Assembly (NCBI GenBank): GCA_964247055.1
Contig: OZ176051.1
Coordinates: 3,782,001 to 3,846,000, forward strand
Length of the DNA stretch: 64,000 nt
Source: Paragordius varius
Taxonomy: Eukaryota; Animalia; Nematomorpha
Direction: 5' to 3'
Part shown: positions 41,001 to 55,500 of the stretch, in pieces
Layout: every line of letters starts with the position of its first letter
Position numbering within the stretch: the first letter of the stretch is position 1
Program-made: the position numbers and the translations under genes
Notes under the pieces: generated by a model
What the model was told of the DNA's origin: nothing
The model's database searches: none
The model's input: only the letters and a program-made list of their open reading frames with translations

Positions 41001-41233
41001 GAATCAAAAGTATCGTCTGGACTGGCGTCTCTACCCTTACCCTTTCCCATGTAGCCTTTTTGATTAATTCGATTATCAATTCTGGAATCCATTTCTAAAT
41101 CCAGTGGGTTATTATCACCCCTGGAAAGAAATAGCGGGTTATCTGGATTATATACGAATTGATCTTGTTGTCCATCGAAATTTCGGTTAAAATATTGACC
41201 ATACACCATGATTGTGTCAATACCACCCAATAA
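38088..41233 (-). CDS. Cysteine-rich, probably secreted protein (acidic region, Lustrin/WR1-like Cys module, Thr/Pro linker, second Cys module); 5' exon not found
   Basis: Exons 41233-40858, 40761-40609, 38410-38088 (GT-AG, phase 1/1, open frame). Exon 2: DCRGCPDGMALPNTICGIPGGISCPTGFFCDIQTKLKRPDNYGCCCKSNEP. Exon 3 ends CPNPDTQNMACSPCGNLEKCKDGATQVVCVIRNCNFVCEAIFINAVTGMITQCQSYTARYYRGKK*. Confidence 0.75.
38701..38925. repeat. 21-bp tandem array, left arm (~11 units)
   Basis: Consensus AAACGTTTTCCCAGTCAATCG; produces the 7-aa-periodic spurious ORFs (DWENVSI)n and (ETFSQSI)n. Confidence 0.97.
39307..39799. mobile_element. hAT MITE nested in the foldback element
   Basis: Degenerate ends CATCGGGTGCCCAAC...GGTTAGACACTCCTG with GCGGCC subterminal motifs; TSD decayed (5/8). 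Confidence 0.7.
39490..39691. mobile_element. 202-bp Tc1/mariner-type MITE nested in the hAT MITE
   Basis: TA|CAGTCATGTATGTT...AACATACATGACTG|TA, with long imperfect TIRs. Confidence 0.85.
40177..40402. repeat. 21-bp tandem array, right arm (inverted)
   Basis: Consensus TTGACTGGGAAAACGTTTCGA; variant units lie in mirror order to the left arm. Confidence 0.97.
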
Positions 41234-41956
41234 CTATAACAATTTTAAAGATATGTTATTGAATTTGTATTACATGGTTCTACATAAATCACTAAGTCTC
41301 TTAAACTTTACAGATTAAGGCTAAAATTGAAAATTTGAATATTTAGACATTTTAATACCAATAAAATCCATATGGAATTCATTTGATAAATATTTTAAAA
41401 GTTAAAAAAATTGAATGGAAATTTAAATATTGCAAAAGAGAAACTAATTTCTCCAATAATCGACTTCTGCATATATGACATTGAATGTTTTTAGGTAAAA
41501 TAAACACGGAACAATTAGATACGCATTTTTTTGAAAAATAAAAATTATGCAATTATCATAACTTAAAATTAATTAATGGAAAACTATATTATAAAGTCTG
41601 TTATTTAACTATACATGCTTTTTAAAAAGTGTTATTGTCATTTCAGGAACATGCACTAAGCACTTTTAGTGTTTTATGAAAATAATGCAATGTCAATTTA
41701 AAGATGTTGAGAATAGACGGTGATAGTTTTACACCCTTTAAATTATAGTATATACACTAAGTTTCAATAATTGTATCATAAAAAATACTACATATACAAA
41801 ATTTTGAAGTAATTGTTTAGGGTTATGGGTTTGGAATTTGGTTTTTGATACAAATCGTGAAAGGAAGAAACAATTCTCGCTAAAATACTCTCTATTAACT
41901 AATAAAAACATCTATACATCTGTGTCGCCATTTTGCCTTGTGACTTAGTCTTAAAC

Positions 41957-44354
41957 CAGGGGTGTCCAACAGGGTACTCGCGAGCCACTAGTGGCTCATT
42001 GAAAATTTTGAAAAAAAATTTTAAAAAAAAATAATTTCTAATTTTTTTTAAAAAATTTTATATGTAAATTATGCATTTTTATTTTGACATTTTAATTATT
42101 TTTATAACCTTTTAATAAAATTCTTTATTATAAATATCTATCACATTCATTTAATCATTTATAAAACACATTTTTCTCAATGTTATTTCCAACCAAGATG
42201 ATAACTTCCACATTATATTAAAACATTAAATTACTTGCAAAAAATAGGTATATGCATAAATCTAAAAAAGTAACTAGAAAATACAATCCCGACTGGGAAT
42301 TAAAATATGGGTTTATTCAAATTTTCAACAAAGCGGAATGCCTTATTTGCAAATTTACGATAAACGGGTTTCGCGAATATATAAAAAAGACATGCCAATA
42401 CCATGCATTTGGATTTTATTTATATGACTACAGAAATGAAAATAATAAAATTAAAATCTTTAAAAAATATTAATAATCTCCAACCAACAATTTCATTCAC
42501 GCAACCTTATCCGATAGTAAAGGCAAGTTATATTGTTGCCAATTTATCGCCAAATAAATGAAGCTTTATTCAGATGGTGAGTTTGTAAAGGGATGCGTAC
42601 TGGAAATTATAAATGTGTTTTGCTTAATAAATTTTAATTAATATCCAGTATAAGTCTTTCGCGCAAATGTGTCGACGAATTACAGACATCGCAGAAGAAA
42701 TTCAACTTTCCCTAAAAGAAAGAATTCAAAATTTTGTGGCGTTTTCCTTGTCATTTGATGAAAGCACAGATATAAGCAACATATCACAATTGGTAGTCTT
42801 TATTCGAGGGATAGAAGAATTTTTAATATAACAGAAGATATGTTAGGCTTACTTCCGATGAAAAATACAACTAAGGGAGATGATATGTTTCATGCAATTT
42901 TTAAATGTATTGAGGACAATAATTAAATATGAGGGCGCTATCTTGTTTGACAACAGATGGTGCCCCAGTTATGATGGGAAAAAACAAGGAACCGTGAAAT
43001 TATTGTTAAATAAGATGGAATCCGATAATATTAATATTGACCATATATATATATATAATACATTGCATGATTCACCGTGAAAATCTCTGCGCGCATGCTC
43101 TGACAATGGACAATGTTATGACCATTGTTATTAAAGTAGTTAATTTTATAAAATCTCGTGCCTTGAAGCATAGGCAGTTTAAGGAGTTATTAAAAGAAAT
43201 TCATTCAGAATATGGAGATCTTATATTTTTTTCAAATGTAAGGTGGCTTAGTCGAGGGAAATGTCTAAAAAGGTTTTATTATTTATTAAAAGAAATAAAT
43301 ATTTTTCTATTGCAGAATAAATATTTGGTAGAGGAAATAACCAATGAATATTGGTTGACAGTGCTTTTCCGTAGATATTACCGAAAAACTAAATCAATTT
43401 AAGGAATCGTTGCAAAAGCAAGATAATTTAATTGTTGATGCGAATAACCATATTAAAGCGTTTTGTAAAAAATTGACGTTATTTGAATGCCATTTAAAAA
43501 AATAATGCTGAACATCCAGAATTAAATATATTTAAAGCTAGTAAAACTAATTATTTTTCAAAATATGCAGATCAAATTAACATATTATCAAAAGCTTTTA
43601 ATAATCGATACGGGGATATGACAAAATATAAAAAATATTTGATTTATTTTGTTGTCCATACTACGTTGAAGCTATCAAAGCTCCTATTAAATTACCAATG
43701 GAATTACTAGATTTGTAATCCAATAATGAATTAAAATTTTATTTGGGCAAACAAATAAAATTGAATTCTATAAAAAATATATAACGTTTGATAAATTTCC
43801 TAATTTAAAAATTTTTGCATAAAGATTAATTTGTGCTTTTGGGTCCACTTATCTTTGTGAAAGTTTTTTTTATAATGAAATACACAAAATATCTTTCACG
43901 TTCTTTATTAACTGATGAAAACTTGAATAAATTGAGATGTGCTGTATCAAATATTGATATAGATCTGAATAAATTAAGCAAAAAAATTACAAAACAAATA
44001 TCCCATTAAAAATTTAATTATGCAATTAAAAGTATTTAATACTTTTATTAGATAAAAAAAAGGTTACATTTTGGCGATTAAATTCGCCACAGTCTAATCT
44101 AGTCATACTATCGAATTGCAATAAGTTTTTCATATCCATTTATTTTTATCTTTTTTTTACACATTGATATAATTAGCAAAGCATTATTATATTTATACTG
44201 TTTATTTTCTTTTTGATATGAAAATTAGTACATCTATATGTTATAATAAATTTATTGGCTACCAATGTCTTGATATATATAAATAAAAAGTGGCTCTTTG
44301 CAATTTTGAGGTCGAAAAGGTGGCTCTTCAAGTCATTTGTGTTGGACACCCCTG
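41957..44354 (+). mobile_element. hAT Buster/Charlie-type element (2398 bp)
   Basis: TIR CAGGGGTGTCCAAC/GTTGGACACCCCTG, exact TSD TCTTAAAC. Confidence 0.95.
42252..44009 (+). pseudogene. Decayed Buster-type (GTF2IRD2/ZBED-like) transposase
   Basis: Fragments FDESTDISNISQLVVFIRG, HCMIHRENLCA, VRWLSRGKCLKRF and FGSTYLCESFF, with multiple frameshifts and stops. Confidence 0.9.
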
Positions 44355-46446
44355 TCTTAAACGATCATTTCTAAATCCAACTTACTCATTAATAAAAAAT
44401 ATAAAATAAACATTAATGGTAAATTTAAAATGTTGGCTAAGCCAAGCGTTTACTCGAACGGTCATCAATATTATTTTATGGTGCTAAAAAACGTAAATAA
44501 TGGCAATCTATATATAAATTCAATCTTTAACCATTATCAATTATGGTCTAATGAATTTAATAAATTGTTCTGAATCCATTATATTATTTTCTAAATAAAC
44601 CCTACCCCATTTAATTTAATACCATATTTTGCTTGATCATTTCATGTTAATATTGCTTCAACATCATATATCGCACAAAAGCTCTCTAGAAAGTCGGAAA
44701 AAACACCACATAAAATTTTTAATAATTGAGTTTTTTTGGTCGCCCGGTTAAAGGGCTAGCGGTTAAGACTATAATTGAGAGATTTATTAGACCTTTAATG
44801 TGCACACTCTATTTGGTCTTTTGACGAATATCCTGTTTATTCTGTTTTACTTAGAGCTTTAACACGATCGATGCAGTCAAATATTCTACATAATCTATTA
44901 TTAAAAATTATGATATGGAAAATATTCTTTGTAATTGACTGAGTAACAATCAGTGTTATGTCCTTATCAGACAGTGAGCTATCTTATGTTAATCTATTGT
45001 TTGCAAGTGGTAGATAGAAGATTTTTTGTAACTTTTTTATATCGAATATTTAGAACATGAATTTTGTATGTTTCACCCCTTACCGATTCACTTTAATCGG
45101 ATTTTTTTGCCGCCATTTTTATATAAATATTCTAAATCGCTAATCCAACAGGCAATAAATGTACATTATAGTTTATATAAATAATTAACTTTACGAAGTT
45201 TTTGGGCTACATTTTACAAAAAAAATTGATATTAATATCCGCTGTTTGTTTCCATCCTGTTTTAGAGCTGTCCCAATTTTAGACTCACGAAGTCAATGTG
45301 GAATGACTAAATTTCAACTTAAATAACTTTTAAACTGTCGTTAATTTATGAAGAGCTCTGATATAAAACCACCCTAAAAGTTAAACTAAGACAAAAAAGT
45401 GAAAAGGTAATGAAGTCTTGATTTAAGAATTTTTAAAAACAATTTATTTTAAAATTTAAAGTTCTGAGGTGAGAGAAATGTTCGGCATCAAATGTAATAC
45501 CTAAAACGAGTATGAAGTGCGATTCAACAAAGATTAAATTTTAAAGTAAAATATTAATTTTTTTAAAAAAACTATTTTTGAGGTCAAAACTTAGCAATAT
45601 AGGAAATTTTATTAAATCTTGGCTCATCCCCTTTATTTAATGAAAACTTGCCCATTTTGGATAAAAAATTGAGAGCCTACATCTAAAATTTAAAAATTTA
45701 TAAAAATGTGTTATGCTTTTATATGTAGTTTATGATATATTTTAGTGATATATAAAAATGAAACGTTAAATTTTACATTTTTGATGAACACTTATCAAGT
45801 AAGTGTGAATAAGTTTAAAATCACTCGCAAAACCAAAAGTACCATGATAATCCTGATATTTTCTCTCAGACTATATATATTTCATCAGGATTATCCCCCG
45901 ATTTCGTAAACTTATGTCTCTAATGATTTTGTTATTCTTCTAACAATTGGGATCAATAAACATTTTTGGTGATCAATGGATTTATTTTGAACGCAAAATA
46001 ATCTTTTATATAGCTTCGTCTCTTTGGATTTCATGACAAAATTAATAAACATTATTAGCTTTCAAAAAATTTCCAATAAGAATATTTTTCGAATTGCGTA
46101 TAGTTTCCATCTAAATATTTTTACTTGCTATATCCAGCACAACACATAAAAAATCTTTATTTAGGGAATATACCGTAACAGTATGATTTTTTATTAAATT
46201 CTGATATGCTTATCTTTTTAAAATTTTAATTAGATATTAAAAAAAACTTATAACTTATTTTGGACATGTTATGGATATTCCATTTTCCTTTTAACACCCA
46301 TCATGTTATTTAGAATTATAATTTTTAACTTGTCAAACCCACATTTCCAATCTAAAAATGAAATTTTAGGCAAACAACATATTTTCAAAATATATCAGCT
46401 GTAAATAATATCATACTTAACACAACACTTCCTCATATCAGCCCTC

Positions 46447-47116
<670 letters not shown>

Positions 47117-49043
47117 ATAATCTATCAAATAAATTTATTTACATATTTATTATTTCAATAAAATTAATTTTTCATTGCGCCTAAGTGACCCTTAATTTTT
47201 TTTATCTGAATATAAAATTAAATTTTTATTTTTCTTTAAATTTGGTAGGTTTATTTCATAAAACAAAATGTCGAACAATAATGTTTTTTAAACATAAATG
47301 TTCATTATAGTTTATCAGACAAAAATCTCGATTACCATTTTTCGATCAAATAGTGTTCCATTTTTATTTCAAATACCTAATTGTTTTGATAACCATCAAA
47401 ATAAACAATTAGCCGACTCTACTTAAAAAAAATAGTCTATGATAATTTTAAAATAAAAATTAAAATAAATTATAGATAAAAATATATATTTTTTGGGCAC
47501 CTGATCCGATTCAAAACATGCATATCTGATTTCAATTAAATATTTGGCGTATCTTAAAATCGGGTGGTTCCATAAAAATTAACAGTTCAGAAACCGAATC
47601 CTTACAGACGGAACCCTGACTTTTTGTCAAATAATTATTACAACATTTTTATTATAATATAAACCAAAATATGAATAACTAATCAAAACATAAATTAATG
47701 AAATAAATAGCCAGATGTATAAAAGTTAGACTGCTTCTCAACTCAGAAAATATAATATTTAGCGCAAAGTTTCTTTATGTTGTGACCATAATATGTACCG
47801 AATTTTTGATTTATTACTTTGAGTAAAACTATCTGCAAATGTGTCAAACTACGAAATTTTTATCAGTATTACATGGTGCATGGTTCGTGAGACAAAATTA
47901 ATATTGTTTGCCCTTGGAAAAATTTTCGCCCACTGCGCTAATGTAACATTACATGACCGAAGTTTAATATTTTTAAAATCTGAGGCCAAGTTTGAGTACC
48001 ACTTATCATTGTATGGCTTGCTTTTTCTGTTATGGGTAAATAATTATGGCCGCTATATTATGGTTTTGTACCAGAACCATTAAGTAATTTAAATCTTAAG
48101 TTATAGATTAAAAACATCTACATAATTGATTATGTGTCTGGTTTTTAATGTAAGATATTTATCATGGTAATCGCATTGATGCTATAAAAAATGGATATCA
48201 TTTTTTAATAAATTTTAAATTAAAAATTATTATCGTCATTTTATTTTGATGGAAATTTGGAAAATCTGTTATCATACAATTTATATTAAATTATAATTTA
48301 AATAAAATAATATTTGAACCCCTTATTTTTAAGATTAAACCGAAACTGGTTCCTAAATTTTATAATCGGGTTCCGGTTCAAAGTCCTCATTTTTTTATTT
48401 AACATGTTTGATTTCAAACTATAAATGATTTTTTGTATAACCCAATTCATAAGTATAATTTTTATAACTTTGAATTAAAATTCTGAGGTGATAGATGTGT
48501 TGTATATTAAGTTATTTGGGAAAGTGTATATATAATATGAAAAATTATTTTATAATTTTTATTATGATAAAAATTATTCTTACGGTTCATTAAAATTTTA
48601 AACAATATGCTTTTATTCATTTACTTTTATGTTAACTATCATATATTTTAAATAGTTATCCCGCTACTCGGCATTTTTGCGTTTATTTTTAGATAACAAG
48701 CCCATTTTAGAAGGGGAGCGGGCCTATTAAATAAAAATATTTTGCCTTTAAATATATTTTAATATATTTTTAGAATAAGGCATATAAAAAATTTATCGAA
48801 CACAAGGTGCGCGCTTACATTGCATTAATATCGAGTGATTACAACAAAAGTATAAATAACTTGTATGAATCGTAAGCCCCAAAACCAAAAGTTAGAAGGA
48901 TGTTAAATTTATTTATCAAGGATATCTTTTGTTTAAGCGCATTTATTTTATTATCATGCATTTAGCTTTATATTTATTACAAAAACTTTATTCGATATAT
49001 AAGATGTTTTGGTTTTTATTTTTTTAACTAAAATGATATAGAA

Positions 49044-50955
49044 CAGTGATACTCAAACCGCGGCCCGTGGGCCGCATGCGGCCCTAAGAGTGCTTTAAAA
49101 TTGCCCTATGACCAAATTGATACATCAATTATTTTTTAATGAATTTTTAAAATACACATAAGCGAATTTTCGCGTATTTTAATATTAATTTATTTTCTTT
49201 AAAGTTAATTGTTATTTTTTACCCAATTAGAAAAGTAGAAAAATTTTTCTACATCAAAATGATTTCAAAATTTTGGCACACGTTGTTTCTGTATTTTTTT
49301 TTCTATTTTAATATTTTTATTGCATTCCTTTTTTGTAAAGCAAGCCTTTCACCCAAACTTGCATATTCTTTTCATTGCTATCTTCCATCATTTTCTGATA
49401 CTCATTTCCATAAAATATTTATCAAATCAACATCATTAAATTTTGTCCTGTTTTTTTATAGCATATTCAAATTATATTCCTATTTTTTTTGAAAAATTTG
49501 CATAATATTTAAACATAAATTAAAAGGATGACATCTAATGCTAAAAAACCTGTTTTTTTATAGCATATTCAAATTATATTCCTATTTTTTTTAAAAAATT
49601 TGCATAATATTTAAACATAAATTAAAAGGATGACATCTAATGCTAAAAAACGTAAATTACCCGATGAAAATCGCTCCTTTAAAAAAGAATAGGAAGAAAA
49701 TTTTTTTGTCGTTTTTAAAAAAATGTTGTTACCTGCCCTATATGTAAGGATTACATAATTATAAAAATACAATATGGAAACCCTCTCAATGTGCGCTCTT
49801 CATAAGATTTTGCAACGACAACATAATAAACGAGTATTTATTTTTACCAATGAATAATACCACGAAAAGAAGTAATTTCCTAGAAATAATTAGCATTTTT
49901 TTCGATAATAATGGCATATCTATGAAAAAATTGGTTTTGTGCACAGATGGCCGTCCTTCTATCATGAATAAACAAAGGATTAATTCTCCTTTTGAAAAAC
50001 AAATATAATTTGCAAAATATTTTATCCTTTTCTGCTTTATCAATCAGCAACTTGGTGTCGCGTTAAAAGATGAATCACTCAATTCAGTAATAAAAAGGTT
50101 TGTGGATATAGTTAACCACCGTGGCAAATTCAAAAACCTTCCGAAAGATATCCACAGTAAATTTGACCATATTTGTACACCGCTGTGCGATGGCTTAGCC
50201 TTACTAAAGTATTAAATAGATTTTTTGTTTTAAGGCATAAAATTCTATTATTTATAAATGATAACAGAAGGTTTGACGAGGAAAATAGTGACAAACAGTG
50301 GGTTTTATCAGCCTACGTTTGCGACATTACCGCGGAGGTTATCATTTAACATTTTTATCTCATGAGATGAAATTCAGAATTAAGAAATATTAAAAATTGC
50401 TTAAAAATCGTTGAAAATCCATGGCATATGGATATATCCAATATTAAGCAATTTGATTTTGGTTTTGACAGGCGCATATCATTGAAGAATTCGTAGAGTA
50501 GAAAAATGATTTCAGAAGGCTATATTAGGAGAATCGTGGGGAAGAAAGATATGAAGAGTTTTGGCAAGATGTGCCAAATACTGTTTTTCCTTCAACTTAC
50601 ACGTGTGAGGCGGCATATTCAAAAATGAAGTATGTCAAGAATACATACAGAAATCGCTTAACCGATGATCATATGGACGACGTATTAAGATTGGCATGAG
50701 GCGAAACTTGTCAAAAATTATTGGTTAATATCAAAATAAATGTTAACGAAATATTTTAATTTTTTAAATGGTGCAAAACGAGTTTTTAGCTGGATTTACA
50801 TGCGATCCGCAAAAAATTCATTGTGCTGATTTAGAGTATAAATATGTGCATATGTGTCAAATAGCTATGGAATATTTGCCATTATAAGGTATATGGCCCT
50901 TGAAAAAATATTATATTTAATTTGGCCCGTCAAATTTTTTTGGTGAGTACCACTG
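49044..50955 (+). mobile_element. hAT Buster-type deletion derivative (1912 bp), different family from 41957-44354
   Basis: TIR CAGTGATACTCA/TGAGTACCACTG, exact TSD ATATAGAA. Transposase remnants ~49630-50730 (TAVRWLSLTKVLNRFF; FPSTYTCEAAYSKMKYVKNTYRNRLTDDHMDDVLRLA). Confidence 0.92.
49447..49651 (+). repeat. 102-bp near-perfect tandem duplication
   Basis: 49447-49548 repeated from 49549; each copy contains the probable transposase start ATGACATCTAATGCTAAAAAA. Confidence 0.95.
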
Positions 50956-51331
50956 ATATAGAATGTTAAAAGTCACATCAACTTACAACCCAGCTCCACA
51001 CAAGTTCAGAAATTACCATGACTCGCGTTTAAAAATTTTAGCAACCTGGTTCCCACCGTCCATAAATAAAACATGTTTGTGTTTCACTTTTTCGGCTTGG
51101 ATTGAAGGCCAAATATTTTATAAAAAACAAATTTAACTAAATTTCACATGAGCCATAATAATCGATTTTTCTACATTTTTATATTTAAATGATTATTTAA
51201 ATAACAAACTTAAAGAGATCCTTATCAACATTTGAATATTAACTATCACTTCTCCCTAAACACAATATTTGAGCTTATAAATTTAGTTAATGTATTTATC
51301 GATTGCATAAAGATAATATTTACCCAATATA

Positions 51332-51448
51332 CCATTTTTCAGTCAAAAGCAACATTTTTTTAAACCTCAAGGACAAGTTTTTGAAGCAAGCGCAGCATTT
51401 TTTTAAACAAAGACAACGGAAAAAATGTTGCTTTTGACCGAAAAATGT
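51332..51448. mobile_element. 117-bp MITE with ends related to the 38696-40406 foldback element
   Basis: TATA|CCATTTTTCAGTCAAAAGCAACATTTTTT...AAAAAATGTTGCTTTTGACCGAAAAATGT|TATA. Confidence 0.8.
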
Positions 51449-52531
51449 TATACATGTTTCAAAAACGTCTACCATTATTTCTATTCTTATAAGTTTTTGA
51501 TGGACGATTTTAATGTGTATGCTTCATGACTGATATTATTTTTACAAAGGGCATTAGTTTGTATTTGGAAATGAGGATGAAAGCCTTTGAATTAAATTGA
51601 TACGATAGAAGTTTTTTGCATGGAATAAACAGTAAAATACACTTATTAAAGGTTAAAAAATTATATTCTTCTATGGATATCATACCGTTTTCAAATATTA
51701 ATCAAATATAGGATATTTGGTTTTTTATCGCATAATCGCATTTATCGGGTTCAAATACGTAAAGTACGATTTTTTAACCTTAATTTTAAATGTTTGTTCA
51801 AGGAACGCGTGTATGTAATGATAATAGGTTTCAATACTAAAAAAAAGTATTTCAATTTTTTGTTAGCCATAACATAAAAATCGCATTTTCTCGCACATAA
51901 GTTCGAATAATAACGATAATAGAGGAACACGTATCAGATTGTTATTGACATCCAATGGGAACAGGAAGCACATTATATAATAATACTATATATGCAATTG
52001 AATTAATTTTTGGAGAATCTCTTACATAGCGACTAAATCCATTAAAAGCAAATTTTATTAGAAAAACTATTTATACGGCGCTTAATTCAAATATCTTATC
52101 TATCATAGGTATAAAGGATTTATTTACATACAATTAGGACATATATATGATATCACCTTTCTCAGAATCAATCTAAGATCATAACATGCATGTACCGGAG
52201 TACACAATTCATATATAAAAAATAACATAGAAATAAAATTATATTATAAAAAATCATCTATTATTATATTGAGGATAGGAATATAGGTCTGATTACTAAC
52301 ATCCTTAAACTTTATCTGAAACATCCATCACTTTAATATTATTATTGCGATTTTTTATGAGTTTGGGATATTTAGATTAGATTATTTCTTTTAAAATCAA
52401 AAAGAACAAAGTTGTATGTGTGTGTGAAAGTGAATTGATAATTGAACAATTAATCGGGTAGTAGTAGTAGTAAATCCAAAAAGGTGTCGTTTGATGCAAT
52501 GTAATAGTTTTTTCATATAACCAACAACACA

Positions 52532-55500
52532 TTAATATCGACCACCACCATATCCTCCACCGTCATACTTGTTAGGAGGGGGAGGCCCCCTTCTTCCAGG
52601 AGGTCCGCCCGGGGGTCCTCTATTGTATGAAGAATTACCTCCTCCTCCTCCCCCATAAGAGTTTGGGGGCCAAGGGCGACCTCCACCCCCACTTCCCCCA
52701 TTACCGTGTCGAGGGGGATAGGGTTCACTGCGGCGAGATGAGGGTGGAAGAGGTGGACCATCACGACCACCACCCCCACCACCTCCAGAAGGGAAAGCTG
52801 GGAAACTGTTTTGATGTCGACCCATTCCTCCTCCTCCCCGACTATCTCGTCCGCCGCCGCCGCGTCGAAAACCGCCACCTCCGCCTCTACCACCACCACC
52901 ACGCCCTCCTCGGCCTCCGCCACCACGGCCACCTCTAAACATTAAAATAAAAAAGGGAATGTATATGACAAAAAAATTTTGTTATCATAATTTATAATAA
53001 TTATATTTTTTCAAATTTTGTTTTAATTATATCTTATTATTTTCTTTTGTTTTGGTTAATCCATTGAAAAAGATATTCCCATGTATCAAAAATTTTGGAT
53101 ATAGTTTAATTTAAAAAAAAATTTACGATAATTCAAATTATTATTTTAACATAAAATATTCGTTCTCATTGACAATATTAAAAAAAGAATGTCGATTGAT
53201 AACATAACAATTCGCAAATTAAAAACTTTCTAAAAAGATAACTAGATTCAAAATTTATATTTGGGTGGTTAAACTTATTAACATAAATTTGGAATTAAAT
53301 GGGAGCGGAAAATTTATGTATGAAATAATATACACAATTTCATAATCTTGTGTTTCAATAAAATTTGACATTTATATAGTAAAACGTCTATAATGCAAAA
53401 ATAAGATTCTTAATATAAAATCAAAATTACAGTAAAACCCTTTTCTGCGCCTTTGAAAATTGGTCCTTCTCTTAATTTTATGTAAGTTAAATAATATAAA
53501 CTTTTTAAAATCACTATAGAATGATTAGTGTCTATTGTTTTATTCGTCTGCCAAAACAATTATTTAGCCTATTACCACATTTCTATAATTTTTTCACCAA
53601 AAGTATATCATATAAATAAATGATTATAATATGTATAAAAATTTTAGAAAACATAAAACAAATTTTTTATAAATATAAAATGGACTCAAATTAAGTGAAC
53701 TTTACATCAAAATAATACATGACCGTTTAATAATATAAATAAATATTATCTGTTTACAATAATATATTAAATTTTTTGTATATGTTAATAATCTTTAAAA
53801 TGTATTAATTAATAGTTAAATTATTTACGAGTTTACCGTGCAATTTATAAAAAAACTTTACAATAATTTTTTAGCATAATTTTTGCATTTTTGTGCAAAC
53901 TTAAAACAGTTAAACTCAATGAAAAAATATAGTCTTCATGATGCGTCATGTAAACATCACAAAATATAAGTTTTCAGCAGAAACTTGAATTTTGTAAACT
54001 CTGACACTATGTTTAAATAATTATCCAGTTTAATACCTGAAATAACATAAATTATAAGATTATTATGTAAATATTTTATAGCTCCATCTAAGGTAACGAA
54101 CGTGTTAATTTTATGTTTTTTATATAAAAGGTTCTGGGCAAAAGGGTTATTTATAAAAACGGTATATTGGACAATTTTTGACATTTTAAAAACACATAAA
54201 AAAATTATCTTTTTTAATACGCTTGTATAAAATTTAATTTTTATTTACTCGCTTAATATGAATGTTGTATTATTAATTTATGCTTTGATCAAAAATAATT
54301 TGCAAAATTTTAGCCATTTTGTTACATATATAAACTTTTATAATGGTAAAAAATAAGTTTAAATTCAGTTTTGTGTGTCTATTTTCCCGATTTTTTCATA
54401 TTTTAAATAGTGAGTCTTCTTATCCAAATATAAATATAGAAAAATTACATTTTCCCAAATTTAATAAAATATGAAATATACAAACATACATGTATATATA
54501 CTCTATAGCCAGTAGGAATAATGATTTATAAAATATATATTCAGGATAAACCCAAAGTCAAGACAGGTAGTCTGCATAAAAAAATGCCATTTCAAAATGT
54601 GAATAGTTTCGTTAAAAATTCCGTCGTTTCTTTATATAAAGATGCATTTTAAATATTTTTACATGCATATATTTTATCTTTTTTCAAATTCTAAAGTATA
54701 CCATTTACAATTCATATTCACCCTTGACAATTAAAACTCACCCTAAAAAATATCAAGTGTTTTCGGGCTAATATAACTCATCATTAATATGAAATATTTC
54801 TTCATGGCATAGTTTATTATTATGGTAAACAACGGATTGGTTATATATAATGGCAAATAAAGCACGTATTTGATTAGGATAGGATGTTTGACACGCCTCA
54901 TGGATACATAGCTCCCAATGTTGATCATTGTCCAACAAATTGAGCGCCTGGCATGCACCGCGAAACGTAGAATGTAAAACACCGTTTACGGTTTTTAAAT
55001 AATCAAATGAAGTCGGTCCTCTCACATTTATCAATAATAGACGAAGAAAAAAACATTCGTCCTGGTTGGGATGAACCGTATATAATCTACCCAATGCCGC
55101 ACCTTTATATATACCAGAATAGGAACTAAGAGGAATCCCCCGCTTGCGCCGTTCAAATTCTCTTTTAGTGTTCCATATGTAATAGGAAGGTATTTCAGAA
55201 TAAAGTAATGCTTTAGCAAAGTCATCCTTTTGGCATAACGTAAAGAAAGCAATTAAAGTAGTATCTGGTGGCTTTCTAGCTACCTCTATGGCATTAAAAA
55301 TAAAGTCAGGTGAAATAGATTCTGTTATATCCGCTGAAATACCAGATCCTATGACTGATAAAGAATTAAACGAGGCTGTTATGAAATATATGATACATGG
55401 ACCCTTTAACGAATTAAACCCAAGGTGTCCATGTATGAAAGATGGAAGATGGTCCAAGCGATGTCCCAGGTCTTTATTAAGAAATACGATTACAGATAAT

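Noticed and set aside
46428-46446. CTTCCTC as a TOP/TCT start motif, or TATCAG as an acceptor, upstream of RPL11
   Set aside because: Both are plausible but too short to distinguish without transcript data.
52513-52938. Overlapping ORFs 52513-52932 (-) and 52627-52938 (+)
   Set aside because: Shadow frames of the GGN-rich exon; only the Gly/Arg frame is phase-compatible with an upstream exon.
54768-55457. 229-aa minus-strand ORF as a separate gene
   Set aside because: It is a chimera of antisense spacer sequence and the inverted Helitron arm. The 73-aa ORFs at 55031-55252 and 55961-56182 are alternate frames of the same duplicate.
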